The notes under the pieces were generated by a model. That model ran no database searches, was not told the DNA's origin, and saw only the letters and a list, made by a program, of their open reading frames with translations. Both the position numbers and the translations under genes were made by a program. From the NCBI GenBank assembly GCA_973895155.1, contig OZ316894.1, forward strand, positions 6,906,234 through 6,970,233: DNA of 64,000 nucleotides. Reading direction: 5' to 3'. Positions 51,109 to 63,333 of this stretch are shown here, piece by piece (within the stretch, counting starts at the first letter, position 1; the number at the start of each line of letters is the position of its first letter). This DNA comes from Marsupella aquatica (lineage: Eukaryota; Plantae; Marchantiophyta).

Positions 51109-52724
51109 CTTTCACGGACTTTAGTTCCGGCTAGGCCCCTGTTTTCTTGATAGATCCACTAAATAGAGTCAAGTTCAAACCCTTAATTTCCCCTGCTGTA
51201 TGTAGTATTATCACGAAGCCAAGAATTCAATGTTTTCGTAGATTTTATTCAGTAAAACCCGTCGGACGACTTTATAATTTCAAAGCAAATGACTCGTAGG
51301 CCTACACTAGCTCTTCCAGGATTGAATTTAAACGGTAGTGAAACTTACAGAACTTAGAGGACCTACCACGAAACCTACGTACGAGCCCTATGACTCCCAA
51401 TTAAAACTTAACTTTCAATCAGCCGAAATTTTCACGTGAACAAGTTGAGTACCTAGTAGGATATGAATGCTGGTCCAAGGCACAAACATCAGGTCAAACA
51501 TGAGCCTTTCCGATTGAAATGGTGATAGGAATCCTTCTCGGATTAGAAATGAGGACTTGCTTGCGAGAAAGTATGACCTCTTAATGCCTCATGCAGCGGG
51601 TTCCCCCCCAAAAAGGCACCTGAAATAGATTTTTTCAGTCATGTGAATATTGTGCAGTCTCTTAGTAAACCTCACCCCTGAGATTGTTCCCGAGTTCAGG
51701 TAGAATCTTGGTCCAAAATTAACTCCGACGAAATTAAACAGAAACTCAAACGGCTTTAGTATCAAAGCACACCTTGCTAAGTATTGTCCCTGAAAAGGTA
51801 CATCCAGTGAGCACGGCAATGAATACAGAAATAACAGGAACCTGCAATCAAAGTCTGGACATTGTCCGTAAACACGGGTCGAGGCCAGTCACAATTTGGT
51901 GATCCCCAAACCAATTTATTGAGTGGAACACAATCACTGGTACAGAAGCTGGTGAGAAGATCTATCACTCCCCCACGAATCATCCAGACTACCATGATTA
52001 CTGATCCCCAACTCCAATGTTAGACCTAGCAACCTCTGAGCAACTCATCAGTTGACGAGTGCCACCTGCTAACAGCCGGATACATGTGCCTAAGAAGCAA
52101 ATATGTCCTTGCAGAAGTAATTGTACCCAAAAGCCGTATAAACTATCTCCACATAGACATCGCTCGCGCCTCTCCTGAGGGCGCAACACCCAACGATCCC
52201 GCTGCGAATGCTCTGTCTCCTCCCTCACTCGATTGAGAACCCGAAAAATCTAATCCGACCCGATTCTCCGCCTCGACGTATCGAAGCTCGGATGTACACT
52301 TCCTTCGATGTTAAACTGATGATATTTCCACCTGAACCCGAAACCGAAACCAGGAATTTGTCGATGCCTTCGTTCGCTACTTCTTTTCCTTCAGCACATT
52401 TCTGCGGAAACAAAGAAAAGCTCCAGTCTGAAATGAGGGAAACCCTAAACCTCTAACTGCAGACCTCCACCATGTTCTGTCAGTTTGGGTTCAAGTTACC
52501 GTAGGAGAAGGTCTACACTGGACTGTGGTTGTGGTCCAACCGCATCCTGACTCACCGTCAAATATCCTTAAAAAAGGGGGGAAGATCTGGTTCCCTGGAA
52601 CGAAAGCATCAATGCCCTCACCCTTACTACTCCCGTAGTAAAATATTGAAGTGTACTGTACATAAGGGAGTTTACCAAAACGAGTTTATGAAAAGAGATC
52701 TATAAGGCCTTAAAAAGGCTCTTC

Positions 52725-53330
52725 TTTTTCAAGAACAAATGAACCTTTATTGAGAGAGGCCACTGCGGCGAAGCCAATGGGGCACAAAACTAAACCAAAC
52801 CAAACAAAACCAAACCAAACAATGCCAAAGCACCAAAAGCCACCCGAACGGATACCACAAGGTCACCCCCCAAAATGGCAGCATTCTATAGATGAGTTGA
52901 AGCCTCCTCTCCAACAAGTTGCGACGAAAGCACCAAAAGCCACCCCAACAGAGACCACAAGGTCACCCCGAAAAATGACAGCATTCTATAGATGAGTTGG
53001 AGCCTCCTCTCCAACAAGTTGCAGGCCTCCAACTCATACTCCCTGGAACAAAGTCAATGACATCGAAGATGCTGCTCTGTACACTTGCAACACAAGTTTT
53101 ATCCAATAACTGGGCATGATATGTAATTCAAACTGCCAAATATTAAAGGCAAGAGAGCCTATAAAGGAGTGAAAACAAGGAAGGCCCAACAAGCGCAAAA
53201 GAACAAAAGCCCTATTAAGCAACAAACTGAAAAGTCTGGATAATTTTGGAGTTAAAAGCATAAGACGGATGAAGAACAATTTGTCTAAAACCAACTGCCT
53301 TGCCCTACTTAAAATAGTGAATGTTGAGCC
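52725..53330 (-). mobile_element. Possible 3' end of a truncated LINE with an internal ~99-bp duplication
   Basis: The minus strand has a short ORF2-like tail, a T-rich UTR, AATAAA and an A run. CCACAAGGTCACCCC..GCATTCTATAGATGAGTTG..CCAACAAGTTGC is duplicated at 52835-53022. Confidence 0.4.
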
Positions 53331-55982
53331 CTTTGTAGTGCTATAAACACCAGTTGTTGAAAGAAGCTAGTGAAGGCCAAAGTGTCGGGACATGCCTCCA
53401 CTCTACATGTGACTTAATACTTCTAGCATTCTTCCCCGAATGAGTGGAGAGTGACTCATGGTCACATTGAACTAGATTCACCTACTTGTTTTTTTTGGAG
53501 TTGCTTGAAGTCCATAAGTAAGCTTGATGGGGGTGTGAAAGCAAACATGCTCCGTGATGGGGTATTTCTATTTCCCTTGATAGGTGCTATTGACAGGTTG
53601 CCTTGACTTAGCCTTTGTTAACACCAAGAGATCTTATGACCCTGGGATTCAATGGTTTCCATTGCACCCAGTTCAGATTCACACACGCCCACTATAGGTC
53701 CACTTGGGCACCATTCCGCCCTCTGTACCGGTTCCACACCCACCCTCACCTCCCAACTTCCCAAGTACCCTCCTCCGCCCTCACAGTACAGACCCTCCAT
53801 CTCACCCTGCTCTGAGGGCAATGGGAACTGTCAGATTCTCCACCGACTATGTAAACTATGTAAAAACTGATGATCTTTTGTGGTTAAACCACAACTTGCC
53901 CTATATAAGGGGAAGTGTCCAAGACCTCCCCCTTTTTACACATTTCAATCACGGTTCTCCTCTAACATGCCAGTTTGCTCCACAATATCAGAAAAAATCT
54001 CCTTTTAATGGTAACTACGGGTGTAAGCCCATAGCTTTTGAAAGGCCCAAATATGGCATTGTAGTAATTAATCTAAAGAGATGGCAAGTGATGATATTAT
54101 TTTGACAAAAGTAGTGGGAATAAAGGAAAACCCAGAATTGAACATTGCTACACGTTGTGCCAGCTACAGAAATCGAATTCTCTCCCCATCACCTCTGCCT
54201 CACAATCGTCTGCTGCAAGTCCTGTAAAGACAATCAATCGGCTTCACCATCAGCTCCATTCGAAATGAATCCTTTCCCTCCCTCCGTCGCTCCCTCCTTC
54301 CGTCTTAAATTGTTTCACACAACTTGCGCTCCCTCACTCTTGAGATCCCTGTGATCCTTTTCCCACTGAGCATCTGTCAAGAAGCACTATTGGAGTCGCA
54401 ATTGGGACGAAGCTGGAGATCTGAATATGAGATTAATTAGACAACAATCGATGTATTACTACTACTCCAACTGCAACATTCTCTCCTATCCACAGGCTGT
54501 GTTCACTCTAAGTGCGCAATGCAATCACTAACCCAACACAACATTGCAAATACAAGCAACTAGAAGCTCGACTTGCTGTCTGGTACAAGTTAAAGGACAT
54601 TTCAGCCTGTAATGTCATGGGCTTCTCATGTCATGATTTGTCATGGTAGTCTGGGCTTCTCATGTCATGATTTTCAGCGTTACTGGAGTTAGTGAAAACT
54701 TATTGTTTTTCATTCTAGTTCTCATTCGATTGTTGTGCTTTAAAGAGTGCTGCCTGTACCATGATTTTGATTTCGAAGTAATATGTAAATGTGCATCAAA
54801 TGATCGATTAAGTTATTATCCTGCTGCCGAACTTGTTTCATTTAGAGAGATCAAACTGCTGTGAATTCAGTTCCCATCTGACTAAAGAAAATGAGCTCGT
54901 CTTCCCAAGTATCTTTGAGCTTTGCGGATTTTCTTCAATCCTGTTCCTTCGGGCCCGTCGTTGTCGATCTCGGACGCTCGATGTCGGTTTCGTGCCAGAA
55001 TTGAGAAACACTGAACATTCTAGTGATCTTGATCAATCATCATACGTATCTTCAAGAATCAGTTACTCTTTCCACGGTCACTTAACGGGTTGTCAGTTCG
55101 CATATCACCTCTGATATCACAGGCTATGAGCATCTACCATCAGGTGCCTCGCTAGGTAAGTTCTATTCGGGTCTAGGCATTTTCTTTCTTGACCCGGCCG
55201 GGGCGCAACGCCATACATTGCCCGGTCTTTCTGTGTGGCCTTTCTCGCGAGCGGAGTTTGTAAGGCTTTTTTCAAGAAAACACAACAAGATCATCGCAAG
55301 GTTCTGCTCAGAGACAATATACCAGATTTGTTGGCATGAACCGGATATTTCTGTGCGTCCGCATTTCAGAGGCACGACATTCTCCCCGAGGTTTGCGCGA
55401 GCGTCCTGATAATGATTTCTTGGATACAGAGGGCAAATTTTGCAATGTTTTGATATGCGTTGGGTTTCTGGTACACAGGTCGGAGTCTCCGTGACCCATA
55501 CATCATAAACTATTCGATCTAGGTTCAAGATGCTTCGGAATTAAGTAACAGTACATGGTGCTCACTTTCAGTCCGTGAATCTTGATCAAAGCCAGCCTGG
55601 TGAGTCTTCGAATCAACAATCTCAATGTGTATGCCACCTTATTGATACCAAGGAGTCCACCTTCTTGACACCAAGGGTTTGAGCTAATGACAGACATGTA
55701 GTTTAATATGAGAGTAATAGAACGCAGGTGAATTGTATAACTCGAGGAGAAGCATAAGTATTTAGGATTAATTGGAAGCTACGAGCATTGAACGTTCTCA
55801 AGCAGCTTTCATAATGTTCTTCCATTTTTTCAATTTCTAGATATTAATTCGTTCCCTGGATATGGGAGACTCAGTGCAGGGGAACAGCGGGAGAGGACTT
55901 CAGCTGGAGAACCTGTGATGAACCAATTTCGACAACTTATCGATAAATCTGCAGCTGTAGCTGTCTAGGACTGAAGTTCCAT

Positions 55983-58900
55983 ATGGACGCACTGTCCATT
56001 GGTTGGATTCCTGGCATCGCTGGCCGTCACCTACCCATACCTATCGTCCCCAGATGTTATGCTAGAAGCAAACAGTGCTCTCGCCGCAATGGAAACTCTT
56101 TACAGCTTCTTAGACTTTCTTCGTCTGCAATTGGAAAGAATACTGGATTCTCAAAGAAGATTTCAATATTTCGTGTCGGGGAGGCTCCATTTTGCCAATT
56201 TCTACCTCGCATGTCAAGAAGCTGTGGTCTAGGGACGTGGTCTGCAAAACGGCGACTTTGCAAAACACATACAGGGTGTTCTTTGCCTGTATGTGTTTCT
56301 CCGCTGGCTCAGAGGAAAGACCAAGACTACCACAGTCAACCAATGCAGGAAAATTCAGCGGATTGTGAACTGGGCAGTTCTCTTTCTGAAATTGTACCGC
56401 ACTATCCACAACCAAATGCTTCCGACTTCAAGGAAAGAGGCTGCATTTCAAAGTTGAGCCCCAGCTTTGATGGGTGTTACGAGAGAGAAATCTTTCATAA
56501 ATTTAAAGCTGCGGAAGCAGCAGCAGCAGCAGCACAGCAGAGTCATCATTGGGTTCCTCTAATTTCTGACCCAGTCCATGAGCCACTCAGAACGGCAGGC
56601 TCTTCGGACATACTGGGTAACTCACTTGCCCTCGACGACGAGAATTGGCGTCTACCCCTGAACGGAGGACCTTTCAGAGAGACGGGGAAGCCGCGGCTGG
56701 AGCGCAGTATCGACCAACGTGTGAAAGAAACGAGGACGGGCGTGCTCAAGCTCCCTCTTCCTCCGATTGTGAACAGACTCGGCTTCCTGTTTGCTCCTAA
56801 ACCAGTATTCTTTGACCGGCAGAGCCGTCAGCGAGCTGCAAGGGTGAACGCCACGGTGTACCAGATGAGCTACGTTCATGAAAGAACGGATTACCACTTG
56901 GACGTCCTTCACGACTCTGACATGAATCATGTGCTGGATCCAAACGGGAATCTGGACTCGCATTCGAAAATCTCTTACCCGGGAAAGGTTATTATCCATC
57001 ACATCAAATTGAGTAAACACTTCCTGCTCGTTGCGTTTGAGGTCTTATGCACAACATTGTTGCATATTAAACATGAGCTCCAGCGTCACTTATCTCTCCA
57101 ATCTAGCTCATTGCATGTATCCTTCGAATCTGCCATTCTGAGGGAACAGTTCTTAACATAGGGACCACAAGAGTGTCGTTTCCCCGTCTATAGCACTTTT
57201 AAACTTAAATTGTTTGGGGAAACAGGGTCGAAAGTTGTGCAGAAAATGACAAGCTCTCCAACTATTCCTACTAGTCAAGGAATCATAAACATAATTATGA
57301 GATATCAGCTGTCAAAATGTAAGATCTATTAAGGATATTTAGGTGTCTCTTCAAGGCCAAATTAATGTCATCTTTGTCACTAGAGCAAGGATGAAGGTGC
57401 AACTTCCATCTCTGACAGAAAGCTTTAAAAGCTCGATCAGGTTTCTTCGAACTGTCTATTGGATCCTGATTGACATCCAGTTCTGGCAGTACTCTCTCTT
57501 TCACTCTCTTTCTCCCCCTTGACTACATCTTGAATAGGGTGGCTTACCTTATTTGGTACAGTTTGTGAATCCGTGATAGTTTCTTTCGCAGCCTGCAGTG
57601 TTCGCAAGATCTATGAACTACAAGATGTCCTCAAGAGAAACGACGAGTGTAAAAATGTGTACGTCGACAAGACAAAGAGTTGGGCTATCCGCATCATATT
57701 TTGGAGCTTTTCGGCATGGCAGAGTTCGGGATCCCACTTCAAAACTCTACCTTGGCAGTGGAGGTAATTTCCCGGATAGGTCTAGCGTGCCAGTGCCGGC
57801 CCAGAATGCATCCGGCCGACGGAGACTTTGGTCACGCGCTCATTCTGGGATGGAATCGGCTGGAAATTTGTTGAACGACTTGCTGACTATTGTTGGGCTA
57901 GTTGCCTTCGTCGTCTACGGAACATATGCATTCGCCATCAGTCAGAAGTATTTGAGGTCCGGACTATGGTTTGGAAAGGCTCCTTCTGAATCATCTGTGG
58001 TCGTAGCACGTTCTTCACAAGAAGAAACGAAGAAAGAAACCCGTCCCACGCCCGCTAATCTGTGAGTAAGGAAGACTCCTTTAATTTTCTTTTCGCTTTG
58101 GAAGGACACCTTCTCACGAGTTCTGTACCTGTCCATAAGTTTCTCCTCCTAGTTGTGGAAATGATGCTCGCTCTGTCGATTCTGAAAATGAGATCTTCTG
58201 TCGCCATGTGATTTCAGAAATCAGACCAAAATTGTCGAAATAACGGACGAAAATTTCGTCGATACGATTCAACGAAGGTAATCTGACGGTTGTGTCATCG
58301 TAGCCTTAAATAATGCACTTAGTGCAGCCCTGTCATCTGGATACCTCGGCTTCCTGTGGACTACACGCAGATAACGCGGTTGAATGTTTGGATGCTCACG
58401 GGTTCACCGACCGGAGTTATGCTCCACTGTCAATTAGATCCAATTGTCAATCAAGGCTCAATGAAAGGATTCAATACTCCTTTTGACTATCAAATTAATC
58501 CATGGACAGCTACACAAGCATGTTTATACCTCAGTCGTTGGTGAGAACAACTTGAACCATTCATAGAACTTTAGAGGCAAGATATGCAAACGTGGAATGG
58601 TCTGCTTTACTACTCCATTCTTTTGGCCAGTATTAAAAACTACGGGTTTGATGGTTTTAAGTTTGTGCCCAATAAGAAATACTCGACCCCATTTTTTAAT
58701 GTTGTCAATCCTCAATTTCTGTGGTTTTGCAGGCCGACCTTTGTTTTGTTCTACGCATCTTGGTGTCCATATTGTCAAAGGCTGGACCCAACTTGGAAGG
58801 AGCTCGGAAACATCCTAAGCAACAAGGGATACAACATACAAGTACCGTCTTTGTCTGTGTCTCTTTTACCTGTGTCACTTTTAGAGAGAGAGAGAGAGAG

Positions 58901-59316
58901 AGAGGGCTGGCAATCTGGCTGGCGGGCGGGCCTTGACCCTCTGCACGAGTTCGTAATTCTTTCAAACTATAAATGATTTTTATAAATAATCTTTCAATAC
59001 GGGTCAAAGTTTTAGGCAACTCAATAATCTAGCGTTGCAGGATACCAATTGGTTGGCAAAAGTCTCTTGGAACCAGAGACAAATTGCATATACGTAACCG
59101 CTACTCAAACACTGACACCGTGAATTTGGTGAGTGAGTCCAGCTTGCTAGAATGAATGCGGAGATGTACACCTCTACGGCAGCAAATTTCAAAGTGGTGA
59201 AATATCCGACTCTAATTTTCTTCAGAGGTGGAATAGCTGTGGAGAATTACCTCGGACCCCGTACTGTCAATTCTTTGGTGGAATTCGTTGATGAGACCCT
59301 GAATAAACCATCTTGA
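55983..59316 (+). CDS. Thioredoxin/PDI-a domain protein (WCPYC) with a long N-terminal extension and one TM helix, 5 exons
   Basis: Phase-consistent exons 55983-56987, 57592-58060, 58218-58277, 58733-58841 and 59143-59316 give TM LLTIVGLVAFVVYGTYAFAIS, then IVEITDENF..FVLFYASWCPYCQRLDPTWKEL..VVKYPTLIFF..YLGPRTVNSLVEFV. Confidence 0.85.
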
Positions 59317-59958
59317 AGCGAAGGTCCTCTTTCTAGAGAAATGTGGGGTCAACAATTGCAAAAATGGGCCTTCTTTTGCAAGAGCGCCAGGACCCAGAGA
59401 CCAGGCAAGGATGCTAACATGTAAGATAATGGAGATGATTTTCTGATAGGGAACTCAGTTGTTCAACTGGAAAGGTTTTCTGATGATAGTAGCTCAAGTT
59501 TGGCAGTAGGTCTCTGTTAAGGTGACCAAGGTGCTTGTATACAAAGCTTCACCAGTGCAGAAGAGTGTGGCGAAGGTCGGTGCTCTGCTTCGTACCAAAC
59601 AGCAAATATTCTTGTGATTCCTGCCTCCTTCACACTTCACATTGGCCAAGGAATCAGTATCAAACTGAACGTTATTCGATTTTTACTCTAGTCAAGTATT
59701 TCCATGTCAGAAGTGAATTTTGAGCTTTCGTAGGACTCAAGAAATACGGAGATACCCTGCTAATCATTAGAAACCTTATTAATAAAGTTACTGATCTCGC
59801 ATGTCTTTCCCTGGCAAAGTCATGGACGTCAAGGCAATGATTACTGAGTGAGTCTACCTGTGTGATCGCGGCTCACCAGCTACAGTGCAGTTCTCTTCCT
59901 CTGTTGAGACCACTTCGCCAACGCCATAGTCCACCCCAGAAGAGACGCCAAACTCAGG

Positions 59959-59992
59959 TGACGTCACAGGAACTTACCGTCATACGGTGACG
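59959..59992 (+). promoter_or_regulatory. Cluster of TGACG (as-1/TGA-bZIP-type) motifs upstream of the DUF1348 gene
   Basis: TGACGTCA at 59959, CGTCA at 59978 and TGACG at 59988. Confidence 0.4.
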
Positions 59993-60299
59993 TGACTTCC
60001 GTCTCTCGTTCGTATCACTCAGGTTTACAGTACTGATCGCTTTCATAAGCAAGGAGCGCCTCGATCTTCCTAGAATCTGTTTCTAATTAGAATTCCCGTC
60101 CTCGTGCTGCCAACTTCGAAACTCCCAAAGTGGGCAAATGAGTTGGGAGCAAGTTCTATTCTTCAAAGCAGACACAGAGAATTTTCGAGCCAGGATTGTC
60201 AAAGATGGTTTCTGCTGTAGTGTGAGGCATAACAGAGTTTGCCAGCTTCAAACCCACCATCGGAATCCAAATCTAAGCTACTGATCTTCTCTTGCGGTC

Positions 60300-60722
60300 A
60301 TGGCTGTCAAAATTTGCCCTCCTTACACTCTAGAGTCTGCCCTCGCCAAAGTGAAGGCAGCAGAGGAAGGATGGAACTCCCGTGATCCCGTGAGATGTGC
60401 ATCTGCGTACACAGTGGACTGCGAGTGGAGGAATCGGACGGAGTTCTTCAAGGGGAGGGAGGCGATCATCGAGTTCCTTACTCGCAAGTGGGAGCAGGAG
60501 CTAGACTACCGGCTGATGAAAGAGCTGTGGAGCTACACGGGCAACCGGATCTCCGCGCGATTCGAGTACGAGTGGCATGACAAGGCGGGGCAGTGGTACC
60601 GAACGCACGGCAATGAGCACTGGGAGTTCAACGACGATGGCCTGATGACGAGGAGGGACATGAGCGCCAATGATATCCCCATCCAGGAGCACGAACGGCG
60701 CTATTTCGCACCCTCCAAGTGA
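60300..60722 (+). CDS. DUF1348 family (NTF2/SnoaL-like fold) protein, intronless
   Basis: Family signature across the whole length: PPYTLESALAKVKAAEEGWNSRDP, AYT..WRNRTEF, FLTRKW..ELDYRLMKELW, GNRISARFEYEW, WYRTHGNEHWEF..GLM.RR.MSAND.PI. Confidence 0.93.
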   Translation: MAVKICPPYTLESALAKVKAAEEGWNSRDPVRCASAYTVDCEWRNRTEFFKGREAIIEFLTRKWEQELDYRLMKELWSYTGNRISARFEYEWHDKAGQWYRTHGNEHWEFNDDGLMTRRDMSANDIPIQEHERRYFAPSK

Positions 60723-61879
60723 GATGCAGCAGCACACGTCCGTGTTGGACACTCCTGTGCGGTTTGTCCGTCAATTGGACACTGAATTTACGCAGCTTAC
60801 AGCTTCAAACGTTGCTTCTGAGATGTCTTGAGGTCGTTTCGCTTAGCAGACAAGTTCCTGGGATCATAATTAGGCTTCGTGTACTAAACGTTTCCTAACC
60901 ACGAGATTGATAGACATGTGGTAGCCTGATTTGTGTAACGGAAAGTTTCGTGTGGCACAAAATCTATCCCGGAATCACATTATTGTAATTTGTATGAGTC
61001 TTCTCAATTCCAACAGTAGCGGTCATGGTAAGGGTGTGTGTTGGGTGTCCAATACATTGCAAGGGACTGTTTTACTTTGGAAGGACAAGCAGCTTCAACT
61101 TATAGTGCAGCGCCGGATTCCGTCCTGGAGTTCGAAGTTGTCTTTTTCCTACTCTACAGCTATGAAACTTTATTCGCTCATGTACACTACCAATAATTTG
61201 CTTCAGTGTAGCACACACCGATTCGTCGGTTGGTTTGTAATCATGTCAAATGTAAGGATTACTGCTCAAGTGCGAGCATTCTGTAGCAGTGGTACCGACA
61301 ATCGTCTCCTCTCGGCTTTTAATGTATCCTTCCGTTACTGGATGGTTACTGTCAGTGTTTCTGTTCCTCGTTACACTTCTCACGATGCACCTTGGTTACC
61401 AATCTGGGTTGAGCAAAAAAAGTATCTTGTAATTGTTTTTTCTCGACTATTCTTAACCTCTGAACGTCAAACGTTGTTGCGTTGCTCTTGATCTCTTTAC
61501 GATAGGGGTTCGCCAAGCTTCATGATTCTCAAGGACCAAATCAGGGGAGTGAAGAAGCTGAACAAGAAAACGGAATTCACAGTCTCAAATCGCCCAAGTA
61601 GAGTTCAATCCTATCAGTGAAGTCCCCGCACAACCCAGTCGCCCGGTATTTGCTTTCTCAGCGTAGAACACAAGAAAACCAGTGTTCATACTCAAATTGC
61701 TGCACAGGTCTGGGACAGAGTGTATTACTGTTCATCCGGCAAACTGCAAGCCTCCTCTCGACAAAGGAACTTCCCTCTGGTCGAGTGGAATTGAAAGTTT
61801 TTAGTGTCGAAGGCATCTTGATGGTTTCTCACACAATGGCCTTCAGAGTTAACTCAACGTATCACGAGGCAATTCAAAC

Positions 61880-62215
61880 TTTTGGTGCCATACCTGTGAG
61901 ATACCTTGTAGACCGGGAATTAAGGTGAGACAGAAACGTTCCAATTCGAGCAGCCCAATGCACGTTGCGGTGAGGCATAGAAGTGCATACTTGTTCAATA
62001 CCTGGTTAACTGGAACCTGAATTTAGGAGGTGAAAACAAGAGCATTCAAATTCCAGCCTCAAATACTTTTTATTACCTATTGGCCCAATGCATGTTGAGG
62101 TGAGGCGTATAAGTACCTTTGGTGCCATACTTGTGCCACACCTGGTTGAGCTGGAGGTTGAACTGGAATTTAGGTAAACAAAATCATTCAATTCCAGTAG
62201 CAAACATTTTTTTGG
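61880..62215. repeat. Degenerate ~130-bp tandem units
   Basis: CCCAATGCAYGTTG.GGTGAGGC..CATACTTGT..ACCTGGTT..AATTTAGG..CATTCAA.TTCCAG is repeated twice, with a partial third copy. Confidence 0.7.
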
Positions 62216-63333
62216 CTACCTGCCCCAAGGCAAAGTGCAGGTGATGCAAGGCCGCAAACAATTTTATTATCTACCTGAGTTGAGCGATGGCGGCTCCCTG
62301 CTGGTAATCACACATCAAAATGTGGTTGCATTCATTGATTGAAAGGAAAAAACTAGGATTATCAAGGTATGCAAGGGTGTCGTACATAGTATATGTCATA
62401 TTTTGATGTGCAGTTACCAAGACCCATGGCGGCTGTGGCGTCCGGCGTCCGGGCACGATCGTGCGACCCCTCTGAAGGGAGTACATTAAACAAATTCTCA
62501 ATTTTTTCTCTCCCTTTTTTGGGGGGCCCTCCCTCATGCCCTCCCTTCCTCTCCCTCCCTCCCCTTCTCTCCTTCTGCCCTCCCCCTTGCTCTGGATCAC
62601 GCGCGCATGAGCAGCGAAAGGCCCGTAAATCACACTCCCGAAGTGGGCTCCCTCTGCTCTCCGCTTTCCCCATGCGCTAGTCTGTAGGGGACCCTTGGAC
62701 CGGGTTATTGAAATGAATTTAGAAAAACCTCAAATTACACGAGAAACAGTGAGGGACTAACAATTAAAGGGTGTTGAGGATTTAAGCTTGCAGTAGTGAC
62801 TGTCGAATCAGACTCTATTAACAAGAAAACTCATGCGGGCTGCGAACATTTAGACAAAATGCGACCCATTCTCAGTCTCAAAGTATAAAGGGACCATTGA
62901 TATAAGAAACTACTCAAGACGAATGACAGTGCTGAACTTTCACAAAAAAAGCTCTTAGAGCCTCCGCTGTTAGGCACTTTCCATAATTTGATGCCTTTGC
63001 TACGTGTGCTTCTCACTGGAGACCAACGAGTAATGAGATCTCCTGAAACCATCCTTTTGGGACACCCATACTATTGCAGCTTACTCTTTAATCTATTTGC
63101 CAACTGTGGACTTCATATAGCACTTAGCTGTTGGGTTGGCACTAATTGCCATGAAAAATATGACGTTAAATGAATTGTACAATCCACCTAGCAACACTCA
63201 GTCCTGATCAGCAAGCTTGGACATATTTACACACTACTGGTGATCTTTACTGAACTTTGTACAATTCGCTACTGTTTGACTCTGAATTTTGAGCTCTTGT
63301 TTTTAGTCAACGGATCAAGACCAATCGTCATAT

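Noticed and set aside
50773-51150. Two 61-aa ORFs as a duplicated small-protein pair
   Set aside because: They are similar only because of the 192-bp DNA duplication and show no coding features.
52438-52452. AAACCCTAAACC as a telomerase RNA template
   Set aside because: No recognisable Pol III USE/TATA promoter or conserved plant TR flanking motifs; it fits an ordinary telo-box.
25116-60722. BXL, P450, kinase, thioredoxin and DUF1348 as a biosynthetic gene cluster
   Set aside because: There is no scaffold-forming enzyme, the functions are unrelated and the genes are separated by TE debris; there is no co-expression evidence.
62595-62630. Hammerhead ribozyme core
   Set aside because: It lacks the CUGANGA core and the required stems.
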